DNA of 64,000 bases from the human T2T-CHM13v2.0 reference genome, Homo sapiens, in NCBI RefSeq assembly GCF_009914755.1, contig NC_060944.1. One strand, 5' to 3'. The position numbers were made by a program, and so were the translations under genes. How positions within the stretch are numbered: position 1 is the stretch's first letter; the number at the start of each line of letters is the position of its first letter. Shown here piece after piece: positions 13,175 through 29,299 of this stretch. The notes beneath the pieces were generated by a model that was not told the origin of the DNA, made no database searches, and saw only the letters and a list, made by a program, of their open reading frames with translations.

Positions 13175-13441
13175 AGATAGACCTCAGAGACCACGTATGG
13201 CCACAAGAGAAAGATCATCCACTATCCTCAGGAGCTGATGTGATCGAAGACTATGCTTCTTGGGAGACTCTATCACTACTGGTACACTGCACTTTTAATT
13301 GCATTTCCTGCTAAAATAAGAAATTAAAATCACAGTCTCAAGAATGCTTTCATATACGTGGAGGGATCTCAATCCAGGAACAATGTGAATTCCACTTTAT
13401 TTTTGCCTTTCTCTAAAGGATCCTGATTCTTTGCAACATGC
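13175..13441 (+). repeat. Donor copy of a local ~250-bp duplication
   Basis: Aligns along its length to 14614-14880 (e.g. 'cacaagagaaagatc', 'gaagactatgcttctt', 'gtacactgcacttttaattg', 'aagaatgctttcatatac', 'agggatctcaatcca'). Confidence 0.93.
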
Positions 13442-13470
13442 TTAAGTGTGTAAGATATCTGGCTTATAAC

Positions 13471-13686
13471 CAGTGGTATGCTGGTAAATGCTTAACACCT
13501 GACTCTCCAGGAAATATATATATATATACACACACACACATATATATATATTTGTAGCATTTGACAATTTCCATTTCCATAGTGGAAATGTTTCCATCAT
13601 GGGGTGATATCAAGCTACCAATGTGCTGTTACATAGAGAGCTGGAAAGAGATGAAGATGCGCACACTCAGTTCCAGCACAACACTG
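13471..13686. mobile_element. MER63A-like hAT-Blackjack DNA transposon with internal (TA)n(CA)n
   Basis: TIRs cagtggtatgctgg / ccagcacaacactg; internal 'ttgtagcatttg' and 'caagctaccaa'. Confidence 0.75.
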
Positions 13687-13767
13687 CTTACAACACAGAC
13701 TTAATACATACCGTGTTTTGGTCCCTCCTAGGTTTTGTCTCTCTGAGCTTGTCTCATGTCTTGGGTA

Positions 13768-13945
13768 GAAATCAGCAAACTTTTCCTTCAGTATTTCAGG
13801 CTATGTGAACTATACAGTCTCTGTGGCAACTATTTAACTCTGCTGTTATAGGTCAAAAGCTGCCACAGGCAGTTTGTAAATAGTGGGCGCAGGTGTTTTC
13901 CAGGAAAACTTCATTTATGCAAACAGGTGGTGGCCTGTTAGCAGT
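13768..13945. mobile_element. MER58A-like hAT-Charlie
   Basis: 'cagcaaacttt...gtctctgtggcaactatttaactctgctgttatag...aaacaggtggtggcc'. Confidence 0.75.
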
Positions 13946-13974
13946 AATTTTTGTAATTTTCTGAACTGTGATGT

Positions 13975-14440
13975 GAGTAAGCAGATTCCCTGGAATCAGA
14001 GGCTGAGGCAAGGATTTGGGTATACGTCATATGTTGAGGAAGGACTCTCAGGTGAAACCTTCAAGGCAGTGAGGCAGTAAGACAAGGAAAGCAAAGATCT
14101 GAGTAAGAATATGGCATGAGTTAAACAAAGTGTAACCTTGGCCTGACTCCATGGAAGAGCTCTGGAGCATAAGTCACACTGCAGCGTTGTCCTACCTTGA
14201 AAACAGGTGGCTGGGTTTTTCGTCCCCAGGCCAGTCAGTTGTTGGCCAGGCTCCAGAGTGGTGATTATGGAAAAACCTCCAAAGGGTCTCCATCTCTGGG
14301 CAAGGTGGTTCAACCAAGGTGGGCAAGGTGGTTCAACCAAGGTGGTTTGGAGAAGGTTACAGCTGTGAACTGTTAGTGGCAATGCTCACAGATGACTGTA
14401 CCAGCTGGTAAAGGGAATCTAGCCTGGTCCCCCCAGTGTC
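13975..14440 (-). mobile_element. Old ERVL LTR (LTR16-like) fragment
   Basis: 'gattccctggaatcagaggctgaggcaaggatttggg' resembles the reverse complement of an LTR16-family 3' end. Confidence 0.5.
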
Positions 14441-14445
14441 TACTA

Positions 14446-14900
14446 CAGTACAGGTTCTCAAACATTAATGTGCATGAGAATCTCCTGGAGGGCTTATCAA
14501 GACATCGTTTGCTGGGATTCACCTCCAGAGTTTCTAGTTGGTCTGGGATGAGACCCAAGAATTCATACTTCTAAATTCCCAGGTGATGCTAATGGTGCCG
14601 ATCCTGGGATCACAGATAAACTTCAGAGACCATGTATGTCCACAAGAGAAAGATCGTCCACTCTTTTCAGGAGCTGACGTGATTGAAGACTATGCTTCTT
14701 AAGAGACTCTACCACTATACTTGTACACTGCACTTTTAATTGTACTTCTGGCTAAAATAAAAAGAAATTAAAATCATAGTTTTAAGAATGCTTTCATATA
14801 CATGAAGGGATCTCAATCCAAAAACAATGTTAAAGCCATTTTCTTTTGGCCTTTCACTAAAGGCATGTTGCAAAGAATCAAGGCACTTTGGGAACCACTG
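14446..14900. mobile_element. MER5A hAT-Charlie, interrupted at 14614-14883
   Basis: 'ggttctcaaac...gcatgagaatctcctggagggctt...cccaggtgatgctaatggtgccgatcctgggatcac' resumes as 'cactttgggaaccactg' at 14884-14900. Confidence 0.85.
14614..14883 (+). repeat. Inserted copy of 13175-13419 plus an inverted 18-bp tail
   Basis: Direct copy to 14862; 14863-14880 gcatgttgcaaagaatca is the exact reverse complement of 13424-13441 tgattctttgcaacatgc. Confidence 0.92.
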
Positions 14901-15890
14901 TATTATGATAATAATTCCTGAGAGCAGAAAGCTAAGGGCTTAGATGACCCATAGTTTTTATTATGGCTTATTATCTGAAGGATGGGAGGGGAGGTGTAGG
15001 GGAAGAAATGAGTTTCTCAAATGGTTTTCATTCTCTTTGGCTATGGCTTTCCCTTATTCAGTAAATCTAGCTTTTACCTGAGATACATTTATAGTATACT
15101 GCATGGACTTAGTAAAAAAAAATTCACAAGATTATCTAAAGAAAATTTAATAATCAAATCCTTTTAAGGTTACTATGCCCCTGCTTCTGACCACTACCTC
15201 CTTCTATATTGCGTGAGTCAATCTACAACACCTTTAAGGCAATAAGTTATCAAGAAGTATCACTTTTGACTTGGAGCTGATCTTTATCATCCAACTTCCA
15301 TGATGCAGGGAAGAAAACAAACTCCCAGCTTATCCCCCAGGCTTCACCTAGCACCTGCCTGAGATGTCTCACCTCCAACAAGCTTGACAGTGGAAACTTG
15401 AAGGACAGTTGCTATTGCCACACCTTAGGGCAGGTGGAAACAAGACTATTTGTGAAGGTGAGCAAAACCAGCACCAGAACTGCAAATGTACAAGAGGAAT
15501 GCCAGGTCTGTGCTGCTGGTTGGGCCATTTAGTCTTGTCACCTTGACTGTTTCTTTTTTTTCCAGTGAGTTCACTGTTGGCAGCCTCAAAAAGGAAAGCA
15601 GGGGATCTGTGCCCCTGGTGAACAAAATAATCCAATAATGAAAGAAACTTCTAACAGCCAATTTTCCAGAGATAGCCAGGACCAACTCGCTAAAAAAGGC
15701 TTTTCTAAGGCAAACAGCTTTACATATGCAAAGATCATTAGCTCATCTTCAAAAAGGGAAAAAATGATAGCAGTGCTTCTGACGTCCTCCAACTTACAAA
15801 CAGGTATGTGTTCTACTTTTGCATCTTTATTTTCCATTTTAATCTTATAGAAATTCGACAGCTGGGTTTTGGTTCATGGAACAGAACCAC

Positions 15891-16068
15891 AAAATACAAA
15901 AAATTAGCTGGGCGTGGTGGCGGGTGCCTGTAGTCCCAGCTACTCAGGAGGCTGAGGCAGGAGAATGGCATGAACCAAGGAGCCGGAGCTTGCACTGAGC
16001 CGAGATCACGCCACTGCACTCCAGCCTGGGCACTGAGCGAGACTCTGTCTCAAATAAAAAAAAAAAAA
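15891..16068 (+). mobile_element. AluY-type right monomer only (5'-truncated)
   Basis: Starts in the A-rich linker 'aaaatacaaaaaattagc'; has 'gagaatggcatgaacc' and 'gagcttgca'; polyA; no TSD seen. Confidence 0.9.
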
Positions 16069-16394
16069 GGAGAATTCTAAAACACTGTAATGTCTTGACA
16101 CACTAGGATGCTACTTAGGTTTGAAGTGCAACCAAATAATTTGCTCCTAATGACAAATAGCAACATTTGCAAATAATTAACTTTTTAAAATGGCTTGGAG
16201 TGGACTTGAATTACTTTTATAATGTTAATGTCATGCTCTTGCATTCTACGGTTTTTGTTTTGTTTTGTTTTTCAGCATGTGAGAAAAATCTTGACATTAG
16301 AACTCATGTTCCTGGAATCGTGCATCTCCCTGCATTCTTCCAGTAGGAGTGTTTCACTTGGAAATGTCAATGCACTTGTAGATGAAGAATTGCT

Positions 16395-16730
16395 AGTGTG
16401 ATCACTACAAGCCCATAGAAATATAATGTGAGCCACAAAGTTAAATCATGTATATAGTTTTAATGTTTCTAGTAGTCACATCAAAAGAAGTAAAAAGAAA
16501 CAGATAAAATTAATTTTAATAATATTTTTATTTTACCCAATATATCCAAAATATTATCATTTCAACAGAATCAATACAAAAAAACATATGAGATATTTCT
16601 GCATTCTTTTTAAATACTAATTCCAGGAAATCTGGTGTGTACGGCAATCTTAATTTGGACTGGCCACATTTTCAGAGCCCAGAAATCTCGTAAGGCTGGA
16701 AATGACCACATTGGACATCTCAGTTCTAGA
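16395..16730. mobile_element. MER33-like hAT-Charlie
   Basis: 'tagaaatataatgtgagccac...tttctagtagtcacat...tatatccaaaatattatcatttcaac...ggactggccacattt'. Confidence 0.75.
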
Positions 16731-16951
16731 TTGATTTCCTTAATTTATGGCAAGAAGTAGAATCCCAAGGCCCAAAGTAACTTGCCCAAGGTTCTGAAGC
16801 TGATTAGCAGAGAAAAGGGGAGGTAATCTATGCACTGGGTTTCACACTAGCAAGTCACAGCACCTCCATTATACAGAAGTTGTTGTTGATTTAAGTATTT
16901 CCCTCCTAAGAAAAAGCTAAATAAGAACACACCAACTTGGCCTTAGGGAAA

Positions 16952-17235
16952 TATAGTGTGATGATTAAGAACAGAGGCTTTGGGGCAAGAATGCTGGGAT
17001 TCCCACCCTGGTTCTTCTATATACTAGCTGTGTAATCTTAACCAGGCTACTTAGCTTCTCAGTGCTTCAGTTTCCCTATCTGTAAAGTGGGGATGTTAAT
17101 AACACTACCTGTTTCTTAAGGTGGTATAAGAATTAAATGTATTAACATACACATATGTAATCATACACATATAGATGTAACATATGAAACTCAGAAAAGT
17201 AACTGGAACATAGAAACTATTATGTAGGTGTGGGC
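16952..17235 (+). mobile_element. MIR SINE
   Basis: Core 'tactagctgtgtaatctt...gcttcagtttccctatctgtaaagtgggga'. Confidence 0.8.
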
Positions 17236-17744
17236 TATATATTACTAATATTGTCCAAAATTTTATGAGAAACAATTTGGGATGAGTATAAATTATGATC
17301 AAACCCATATGCTTCTACCTGACAGTCCTTCACTATATTAGAAGAAAAGGGTGTAAATGTATCACCACAATGTACTTATTAAAGTGATAGATTTTAGAGA
17401 ATTTTTATTTTAAAAAATGTTTTCGCCAAAATGAGCTCCCAAGTGACTTTTTTAATCAAAAAATCTAAATATAAACCTCCCCGTACTCCCAGTAATTGGG
17501 TTTTTATTAAGGTGTTAATATATTGTTTTTGCAGTGTTTTTCCTGATATCTAAAAGGAATGCAGTTGAGTTTAACATTCAAAAAGGCACACATTTGTATC
17601 TGAAATCTAACACAAAGCACAAAAATCATGATTGCCAGATTCAACATGGATCAAAACCATTTATTTACTGCCTAGTCAGTACAAAATAAGGCCTACAGCT
17701 GAAGTTCCTCTGAAGTCTGCTTTACAGCTAGGAATCGTTTTTGG

Positions 17745-17746
<2 letters not shown>

Positions 17747-17827
<81 letters not shown>
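17747..17827. repeat. Compound microsatellite (TC)~22(TG)~18
   Basis: Read directly from the sequence. Confidence 0.97.
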
Positions 17828-17830
<3 letters not shown>

Positions 17831-20070
17831 AAAAACTTAGGGAAATAAAGGTCAAAATAATTTTCTTTATTCCAAAACCAGAAAATCATCCTGAAAAACA
17901 TGTCCTAAAAATAATAACATCTGATTACCAAAGAAGGTCACTTTATCTAAGGGATTTTAGTAGCTGATATTGTTTGGGGGAATTTCTCAGGTGAATTTAT
18001 TGTGGGTAGGTTGTGAAATGGGGTCATAGTCCCATAGTTTATTTTACAAACTTTCTTACACTGAACCAAACTACAGAAATATGTAATTTCACCTCAGCTG
18101 GCGACATTTGTTCTCAGAATCCAGAAAGTTTTTATGTGCTAAAAGTCATATTATTTCTCAGGGACTATACTATTTTAGATTTATATATATAGTGCCTATT
18201 CCCTGAATTGGCTAAAGCCCTTTTACATATCAGTAATGCTATCCTTTGAACCCAAAGATAACCCCTTGGTTGGTGGTGCTTTCAAGAATGGGGACATTTG
18301 GGGTGAGTTATGGTGGCCCCAAAATCGTTTTTCATAGCATATAACTGTCAAACTATGCCTTTGGGTTATCACTGGGCCTGCTGGTCTCACTGCCATTGCT
18401 CACTGGGACTACTTCTTTGTCTTAAGTAGCCCATGGCTGCCCACACAAAAATAATAGTAATAATAAAGTGGGGTATGACTGCTTGCTGTATGTTAGATTT
18501 TTCTTCTTCAAGCTGGGATTTAAACACATTTGCCTATGATGATATGTTATTATTTGCCTCCACAATGCAGCTCTTTTCTCCTTCTTGATTCCAGTCTACT
18601 CTCAATGTACCTTGACATAGACTTCAGTGACCTTTTGATATCTGTTCCTCAGGTCTAAAGGAATTCTTCAGTGGTAAGCATCATTGTAATGTTTGTTGAT
18701 TGTCAACATTTTATAGCCTGGCTAGAAATCTTACTGTTTATTTTTCACCAGTGACTTGAAGAAGATTTGGAAAATCAATACCTTATTTTCTTTCCAACTC
18801 ATTTGAAGCAAAATAGCACAAGTAAGAAACAATTTCGCTAATAACAGCAATTCAGGGATAGGTACATTAAGTACATTTTCAGGCTCATAGGTACAGTCAG
18901 TGCCAAATCATAATCAGTACTCTTCTTCTCACTAGCATTGTAGAGGGAAGACTGCTAGATTTAGGATCCAAGGAGGTGAAGACGATTTCTTTTGCACTGC
19001 TTACTGACTATGTGACTCTGGCAAATCCCAGAATTTTTCTGAGCTTTCATTCCCTCATACATAAAATAGGGCTTAGGACTCCAGTAGGAGTCATTTTGCC
19101 TTCACAGCTGAGCTGACCCTTTCTTAGTGACAACAATCCATTCTCACTTCATATCATATGGTGGGGCTCTCAGTGATGGGGCCAAAGCCCTGCCCTCAGC
19201 AGGACAAGCGACATACTCTAATCCAATCACAGTCCCTTCCCCGAATTTACATCTTGAGTGGAGATTCACAGAATGGCGAGTGAAGGAGCTGAGCCACTTT
19301 GTAATCCCATGAATCCTGGCTATTTTACTGAGTGAGGGCTTACAAATTGCCATGTGCTGTTCCATGTGTTCTACATAAATTACCCCATTTAGTTCTCACA
19401 ACCACTGAACTTAAATGTTTATCTATGAGACAGCATATCATTGTCTTAAATCAGATTTCTCCAAAAGTAGAACCCATGGCAGAATTTGGAACCACACAGT
19501 TTCTTTGAGAAGTAATTCCAGGAGGCATCAGATGTCGGTGGTGAGACAAAGAAAGTAGAAAAGGCCATAAAGATTATATTAATGATCCTGACACAGCTTT
19601 TATGATGTGCCCTATGCATTGTAACCTCTTCAAGGATCCTAAATCATGAGCAAAACTAGGTATTTAGATGCTGCATGTGAGTGGATTTTTGTATGATATT
19701 CTTTTATGGTGTTTTGTAGAAATCAAGGGAGAATGACTTTTATGTTTGGTTCAGCATAGCATTCCACAGAGTGGTATAAGTGAAAACAGTAGCTCAGAAA
19801 CAGAAGATACCGTACATTTTTTAGGACTTATAGAAATCATGCGGCGAACTTTGAGATTTCACAGGCTATGGAATGGGAAGTTAAGAATATAAAATTGGGG
19901 GCAGCACTGTTTTTTTTTCTTTCTAAATCATCAAGATCTGGTAAACCCCAGATAATGTCAAACTTACATTAAGACAAATAAACACAAAGCCATATCTGCA
20001 CATCTACTGAATTTTTGTAATTCATGTGTATTCAAATTTGGGTCCATGGTAAAGAATAACTTCTGGTTTT

Positions 20071-20972
20071 GAGGAGCCAAGATGGCCGAATAGGAACAGC
20101 TCCGGTCTACAGCTCCCAGCGTGAGCGACGCAGAAGACGGGTGATTTCTGCATTTCCATCTGAGGTACCGGGTTCATCTCACTAGGGAGTGCCAGACAGT
20201 GGGCGCAGGCCAGTGTGTGTGCGCACCGTGCGCGAGCCGAAGCAGGGCGAGGCATTGCCTCACCTGGGAAGCGCAAGGGGTCAGGGAGTTCCCTTTCCGA
20301 GTCAAAGAAAGGGGTGACGGACGCACCTGGAAAATCGGGTCACTCCCACCCGAATATTGCGCTTTTCAGACCGGCTTAAGAAACGGCGCACCACGAGACT
20401 ATATCCCACACCTGGCTCAGAGGGTCCTACGCCCACGGAATCTCGCTGATTGCTAGCACAGCAGTCTGAGATCAAACTGCAAGGCGGCAACGAGGCTGGG
20501 GGAGAGGCGCCCGCCATTGCCCAGGCTTGCTTAGGTAAACAAAGCAGCCGGGAAGCGCGAACTGGGTGGAGCCCACCACAGCTCAAGGAGGCCTGCCTGC
20601 CTCTGTAGGCTCCACCTCTGGGGGCAGGGCACAGACAAACAAAAAGACAGCAGTAACCTCTGCAGACTTAAGTGTCCCTGTCTGACAGCTTTGAAGAGAG
20701 CAGTGGTTCTCCCAGCACGCAGCTGGAGATCTGAGAACGGGCAGACTGCCTCCTCAAGTGGGTCCCTGACCCCTGACCCCCGAGCAGCCTAACTGGGAGG
20801 CACCCCCCAGCAGGGGCACACTGACACCTCACACGGCAGGGTATTCCAACAGACCTGCAGCTGAGGGTCCTGTCTGTTAGAAGGAAAACTAACAACCAGA
20901 AAGGACATCTACACCGAAAACCCATCTGTACATCACCATCATCAAAGACCAAAAGTAGATAAAACCACAAAG
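20071..20972 (+). promoter_or_regulatory. L1 5'UTR: internal sense promoter with YY1 site, CpG island and antisense promoter
   Basis: Intact YY1 motif caagatggcc near 20078-20087; CpG-dense first ~500 bp; established L1HS architecture. Confidence 0.9.
20302..20517 (-). CDS. ORF0: L1 ORF0 (71 aa, antisense)
   Basis: MAGASPPASLPPCSLISDCC...RCVRHPFL, 71 aa, is the C-terminal part of the 20302..20586 ORF; ATG (cat) at 20515-20517. Confidence 0.85.
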   Translation of the reverse strand: MAGASPPASLPPCSLISDCCASNQRDSVGVGPSEPGVGYSLVVRRFLSRSEKRNIRVGVTRFSRCVRHPFL

Positions 20973-21988
20973 ATGGGAAAAAACAGAACAGAAAAACTGG
21001 AAACTCTAAAACGCAGAGCGCCTCTCCTCCTCCAAAGGAACGCAGTTCCTCACCAGCAACAGAACAAAGCTGGATGGAGAATGATTTTGACGAGCTGAGA
21101 GAAGAAGGCTTCAGACGATCAAATTACTCTGAGCTACGGGAGGACATTCAAACCAAAGGCAAAGAAGTTGAAAACTTTGAAAAAAATTTAGAAGAATGTA
21201 TAACTAGAATAACCAATACAGAGAAGTGCTTAAAGGAGCTGATGGAGCTGAAAACCAAGGCTCGAGAACTACGTGAAGAATGCAGAAGCCTCAGGAGCCG
21301 ATGCGATCAACTGGAAGAAAGGGTATCAACAATGGAAGATGAAATGAATGAAATGAAGCGAGAAGGGAAGTTTAGAGAAAAAAGAATAAAAAGAAATGAG
21401 CAAAGCCTCCAAGAAATATGGGACTATGTGAAAAGACCAAATCTACGTCTGATTGGTGTACCTGAAAGTGATGTGGAGAATGGAACCAAGTTGGAAAACA
21501 CTCTGCAGGATATTATCCAGGAGAACTTCCCCAATCTAGCAAGACAGGCCAACGTTCAGATTCAGGAAATACAGAGAACGCCACAAAGATACTCCTCGAG
21601 AAGAGCAACTCCAAGACACATAATTGTCAGATTCACCAAAGTTGAAATGAAGGAAAAAATGTTAAGGGCAGCCAGAGAGAAAGGTCGGGTTACCCTCAAA
21701 GGAAAGCCCATCAGACTAACAGCGGATCTCTCGGCAGAAACCCTACAAGCCAGAAGAGAGTGGGGGCCAATATTCAACATTCTTAAAGAAAAGAATTTTC
21801 AACCCAGAATTTCATATCCAGCCAAACTAAGCTTCATAAGTGAAGGAGAAATAAAATACTTTATAGACAAGCAAATGCTGAGAGATTTTGTCACCACCAG
21901 GCCTGCCCTAAAAGAGCTCCTGAAGGAAGCGCTAAACATGGAAAGGAACAACCGGTACCAGCCGCTGCAAAATCATGCCAAAATGTAA
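20973..21988 (+). pseudogene. ORF1: L1 ORF1 disrupted by a 1-bp deletion in codon 2; residual frame from Met35 (21074-21988, 304 aa)
   Basis: ATG GG AAAAAA CAG instead of ATG GGG AAA AAA CAG; span 1016 nt vs the canonical 1017; the native ATG gives a 41-aa peptide ending at TGA 21096-21098. Confidence 0.93.
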
Positions 21989-22027
21989 AGACCATCGAGA
22001 CTAGGAAGAAACTGCATCAACTAATGA

Positions 22028-25879
<3,852 letters not shown>

Positions 25880-26135
25880 ACAATGAGATCACATGGACAC
25901 AGGAAGGGGAATATCACACTCTGGGGACTGTGGTGGGGTCGGGGGAGGGGGGAGGGATAGCATTGGGAGATATACCTAATGCTAGATGACACGTTAGTGG
26001 GTGCAGCGCACCAGCATGGCACATGTATACATATGTAACTAACCTGCACAATGTGCACATGTACCCTAAAACTTAGAGTATAATAAAAAAAAAAATAAAT
26101 AAAATAAAATGTAAAAAAAAAAAAAAAAAAAGAAT

Positions 26136-27326
26136 TCAAAGACACAGATAACAAAAACAAAAATAGAAAATGGGACTATATTAAACTAAAAAGCAAAAAA
26201 AAAAAAAACTGAATAGAGTGAAGAGACAACATGTTGAATGGGAGAAAAATATTTGCAAGCTATTCATCCAATAAGAGACTAATATCCAGAATATACAAAT
26301 AATTCAAATAATTCAGCAATTTATAAAAACAAATAATTTAATTAAAAGTGGGCAAGGAACATGAACAGACATGTCTCAACAGAAGACATACAAATGACCA
26401 AGTATATGAAAAAAATGCTTAACATCACCAATTATCAGGGAGATGCAAGTCAAAATTACAAAGAGATATCACCTCACCCCAGTTAGAATGGCTTGTTGTT
26501 AGAAAAACAAAAATAACAGATGTTGGCAAGGCTGTGGAGAAAAGGGAACTCTTAGACACTGTTGGTGAGAGCATAAATTAGTACTGTCACTATGGGAAAC
26601 AGTATGGAGGTTTCTCAGAAAACTAAAAATAGAACTACCATATTATCCAACAATCCCACTTTGTGGTATTGATCCAAAGAAAAATAAATACATATATCAA
26701 AAAGATACCTGCCCTTGCATGTATACTGCAGCACTATCTGCAATAGCAAATATATGAAATCAGCCTTAGTGTCCATCAATGGATGAATGAATAAAGAAAA
26801 TGTGGTATATATACAAAATGGAATAGTATTTGGCCATTAAAAAAAGAATTAAATCGTGTCATTTGCAGCAACATGAATGGAACTGGAGGTCATTATGTTA
26901 AGTGAAATAAGCCAGGCACAAAAAGACAGATATGATATGTTCTCACGCTTATGTGGGAACTGAAAAAGTTAATCTCATAGAGGTAGAGAGTGAAATGATG
27001 GATACCAGAGGCTGGAAGGGTGTGCGGGTAGGAGTGGGGGATGAAAAGAGGTTGATCAATGGGTCGAAACATAAGGTCAGATAGAAGGTGTAAGTTCTAG
27101 TATTCAATAGCAGAGTAGGGTGACTATAGTTAGCAACAATGTGTTGTATATTTCAAAGTAGCCAGAAGAAAGAACTTGAAATGTTCTCAATACATAGAAA
27201 TGATGAATATTCAAGGTGACAAATACTCCAAATACCCTAACTTGATCATTACACATTCTATGCATGTAACAAAATATTACATGTACCCCATATATATTTA
27301 AAATATTACATATCAATAAAAAAGAA
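26136..27326 (+). mobile_element. Older L1MA-type 3' fragment (host of the L1HS insertion)
   Basis: Decayed ORF2 C-terminus ('aaatgggactatattaaactaaaaagc', 'ctcaccccagttagaatggc') and an L1MA 3'UTR ending 'tcaataaaaaagaa'. Confidence 0.88.
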
Positions 27327-27721
<395 letters not shown>

Positions 27722-29169
27722 TCATCTGGGGTGTCTCTAAATCTTCAGAGCTAAATTTTTCATGTTTCCAGGCTATCCTCAATAGAACATCAAAATTTTC
27801 CCCCAAGACACCTGAAAAATTCAGGGATGCTTGCATTCTTAGTATACCCGCTCTAAACTCTTGCATCTGCCAAAGAAGATTGGCTTGCCATCCTATATAT
27901 TTGCTATGTATATACCCATATACTTATGTGTACACACACACACACACCACCTACTTACTCCCCTACATAAGCTTATATGTAGAATTCATTCCTATCAACT
28001 TTTAAGGAACTAACAAGAAAACTAAAAACACACATATTGCATGTTTGTACGCAACAGATTTTATTTGAAAAGTTTGGGGCTTATATTTTAGCCATGAAAT
28101 CAACTTCATGTGGAATATATAAAACTCAGTTGCACCACTATAATTGTCTACTGGCTACTGCATTTCATGTTATTATCCCTCCCTTACACTATATCCCTGA
28201 TATTTCCCTTTTTTAAAAAATTATTTCTCATTAATCCCTAAACCCATATTCACTCTAGGAATTCAAAGTTTTCTTTTTCCCTCACTCAAGTGTAATAGTG
28301 GCTCTTACATCTTGGAGTACATATGAAACTTATTTAATGTAACAATTCTTAGGGCCAACCAAAGACTAGAAATCAGATTTAGGGTGGGACTCTGGAAACT
28401 GCCCTTTTGACAAGTATATTAGATAGTCGTTTTGCAGCTGTCCCACAGAACACATTTTGAACAAAGATGTCAATGACTTTGGTTCTATCCACCTATCACA
28501 CCTAAACTCAGATCCATATCCACCTTTGTTCAGACGAACAAAAGTACCCTTCCATTTAATAAGATCTGCACACTTCAGAAGGCTGATGAAGTTGTAGACA
28601 GCAATGCTACCCCGCTCTCCTGTAGTTAGAAACACTTCTTACAAAAGCCTATCTTGTTGAGAAGACAACCTGCCATGTTCCAGGCAGATTATAGGTTTCT
28701 TGGAAAGTACAAGGATTAGTTAGAGGGCATTTTTTTTGTATTTCCAAGGCTTCACAGTACTCTGAGGGAGGCTGTAAATGGTATTTTTGCCCAGAATGCA
28801 GAGCAAAGCAGGATCAATACTGTGATAAATAGTGGAGTGTAGTGGAAAGACAAGACAGGAAAAAATTAATTCCCTCTAGGCAAATACGAAGGCTGCAAAG
28901 AAATTCTCCAGTAGACAACAGATAATGGGAGGATGGGAGCATTCCAGCCAAGGGGATGCATAAGCAAAGGCCCCAAGTAAGGTTTCTACAACACATTCTA
29001 AAAATGGAGAGTAAATTCAGTAGGCCTAAACTGTAGCTGTGATGGAAGCTGACCTTAGGAAGGGAAGACTTTCTATGCCATGGAGGAATTTAAATTTTAT
29101 TCTTTATACCATATATCAGGTCTATAAAAGCAGTCATGGTGATGTTAAAAAAATAAGAAACTGATCATA

Positions 29170-29275
29170 GTAATGACTGCATAACATTGTGAATGTGCTT
29201 AATGCCACCGAATTGTACACTTAAAAACAGTTAAAATGGTTAAATTTTATGTTATGGATATTTTACCAAAATTTT
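29170..29275 (+). mobile_element. Old L1M 3' terminus
   Basis: 'aacattgtgaatgtgcttaatgccaccgaattgtacacttaaaa...ttttatgttatg'. Confidence 0.75.
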
Positions 29276-29299
29276 TTAAATAGGAAGGAAAAAATCAGC

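Noticed and set aside
21074-21988. 304-aa ORF as a normal ORF1
   Set aside because: It starts at internal Met35; the true start at 20973 is out of frame.
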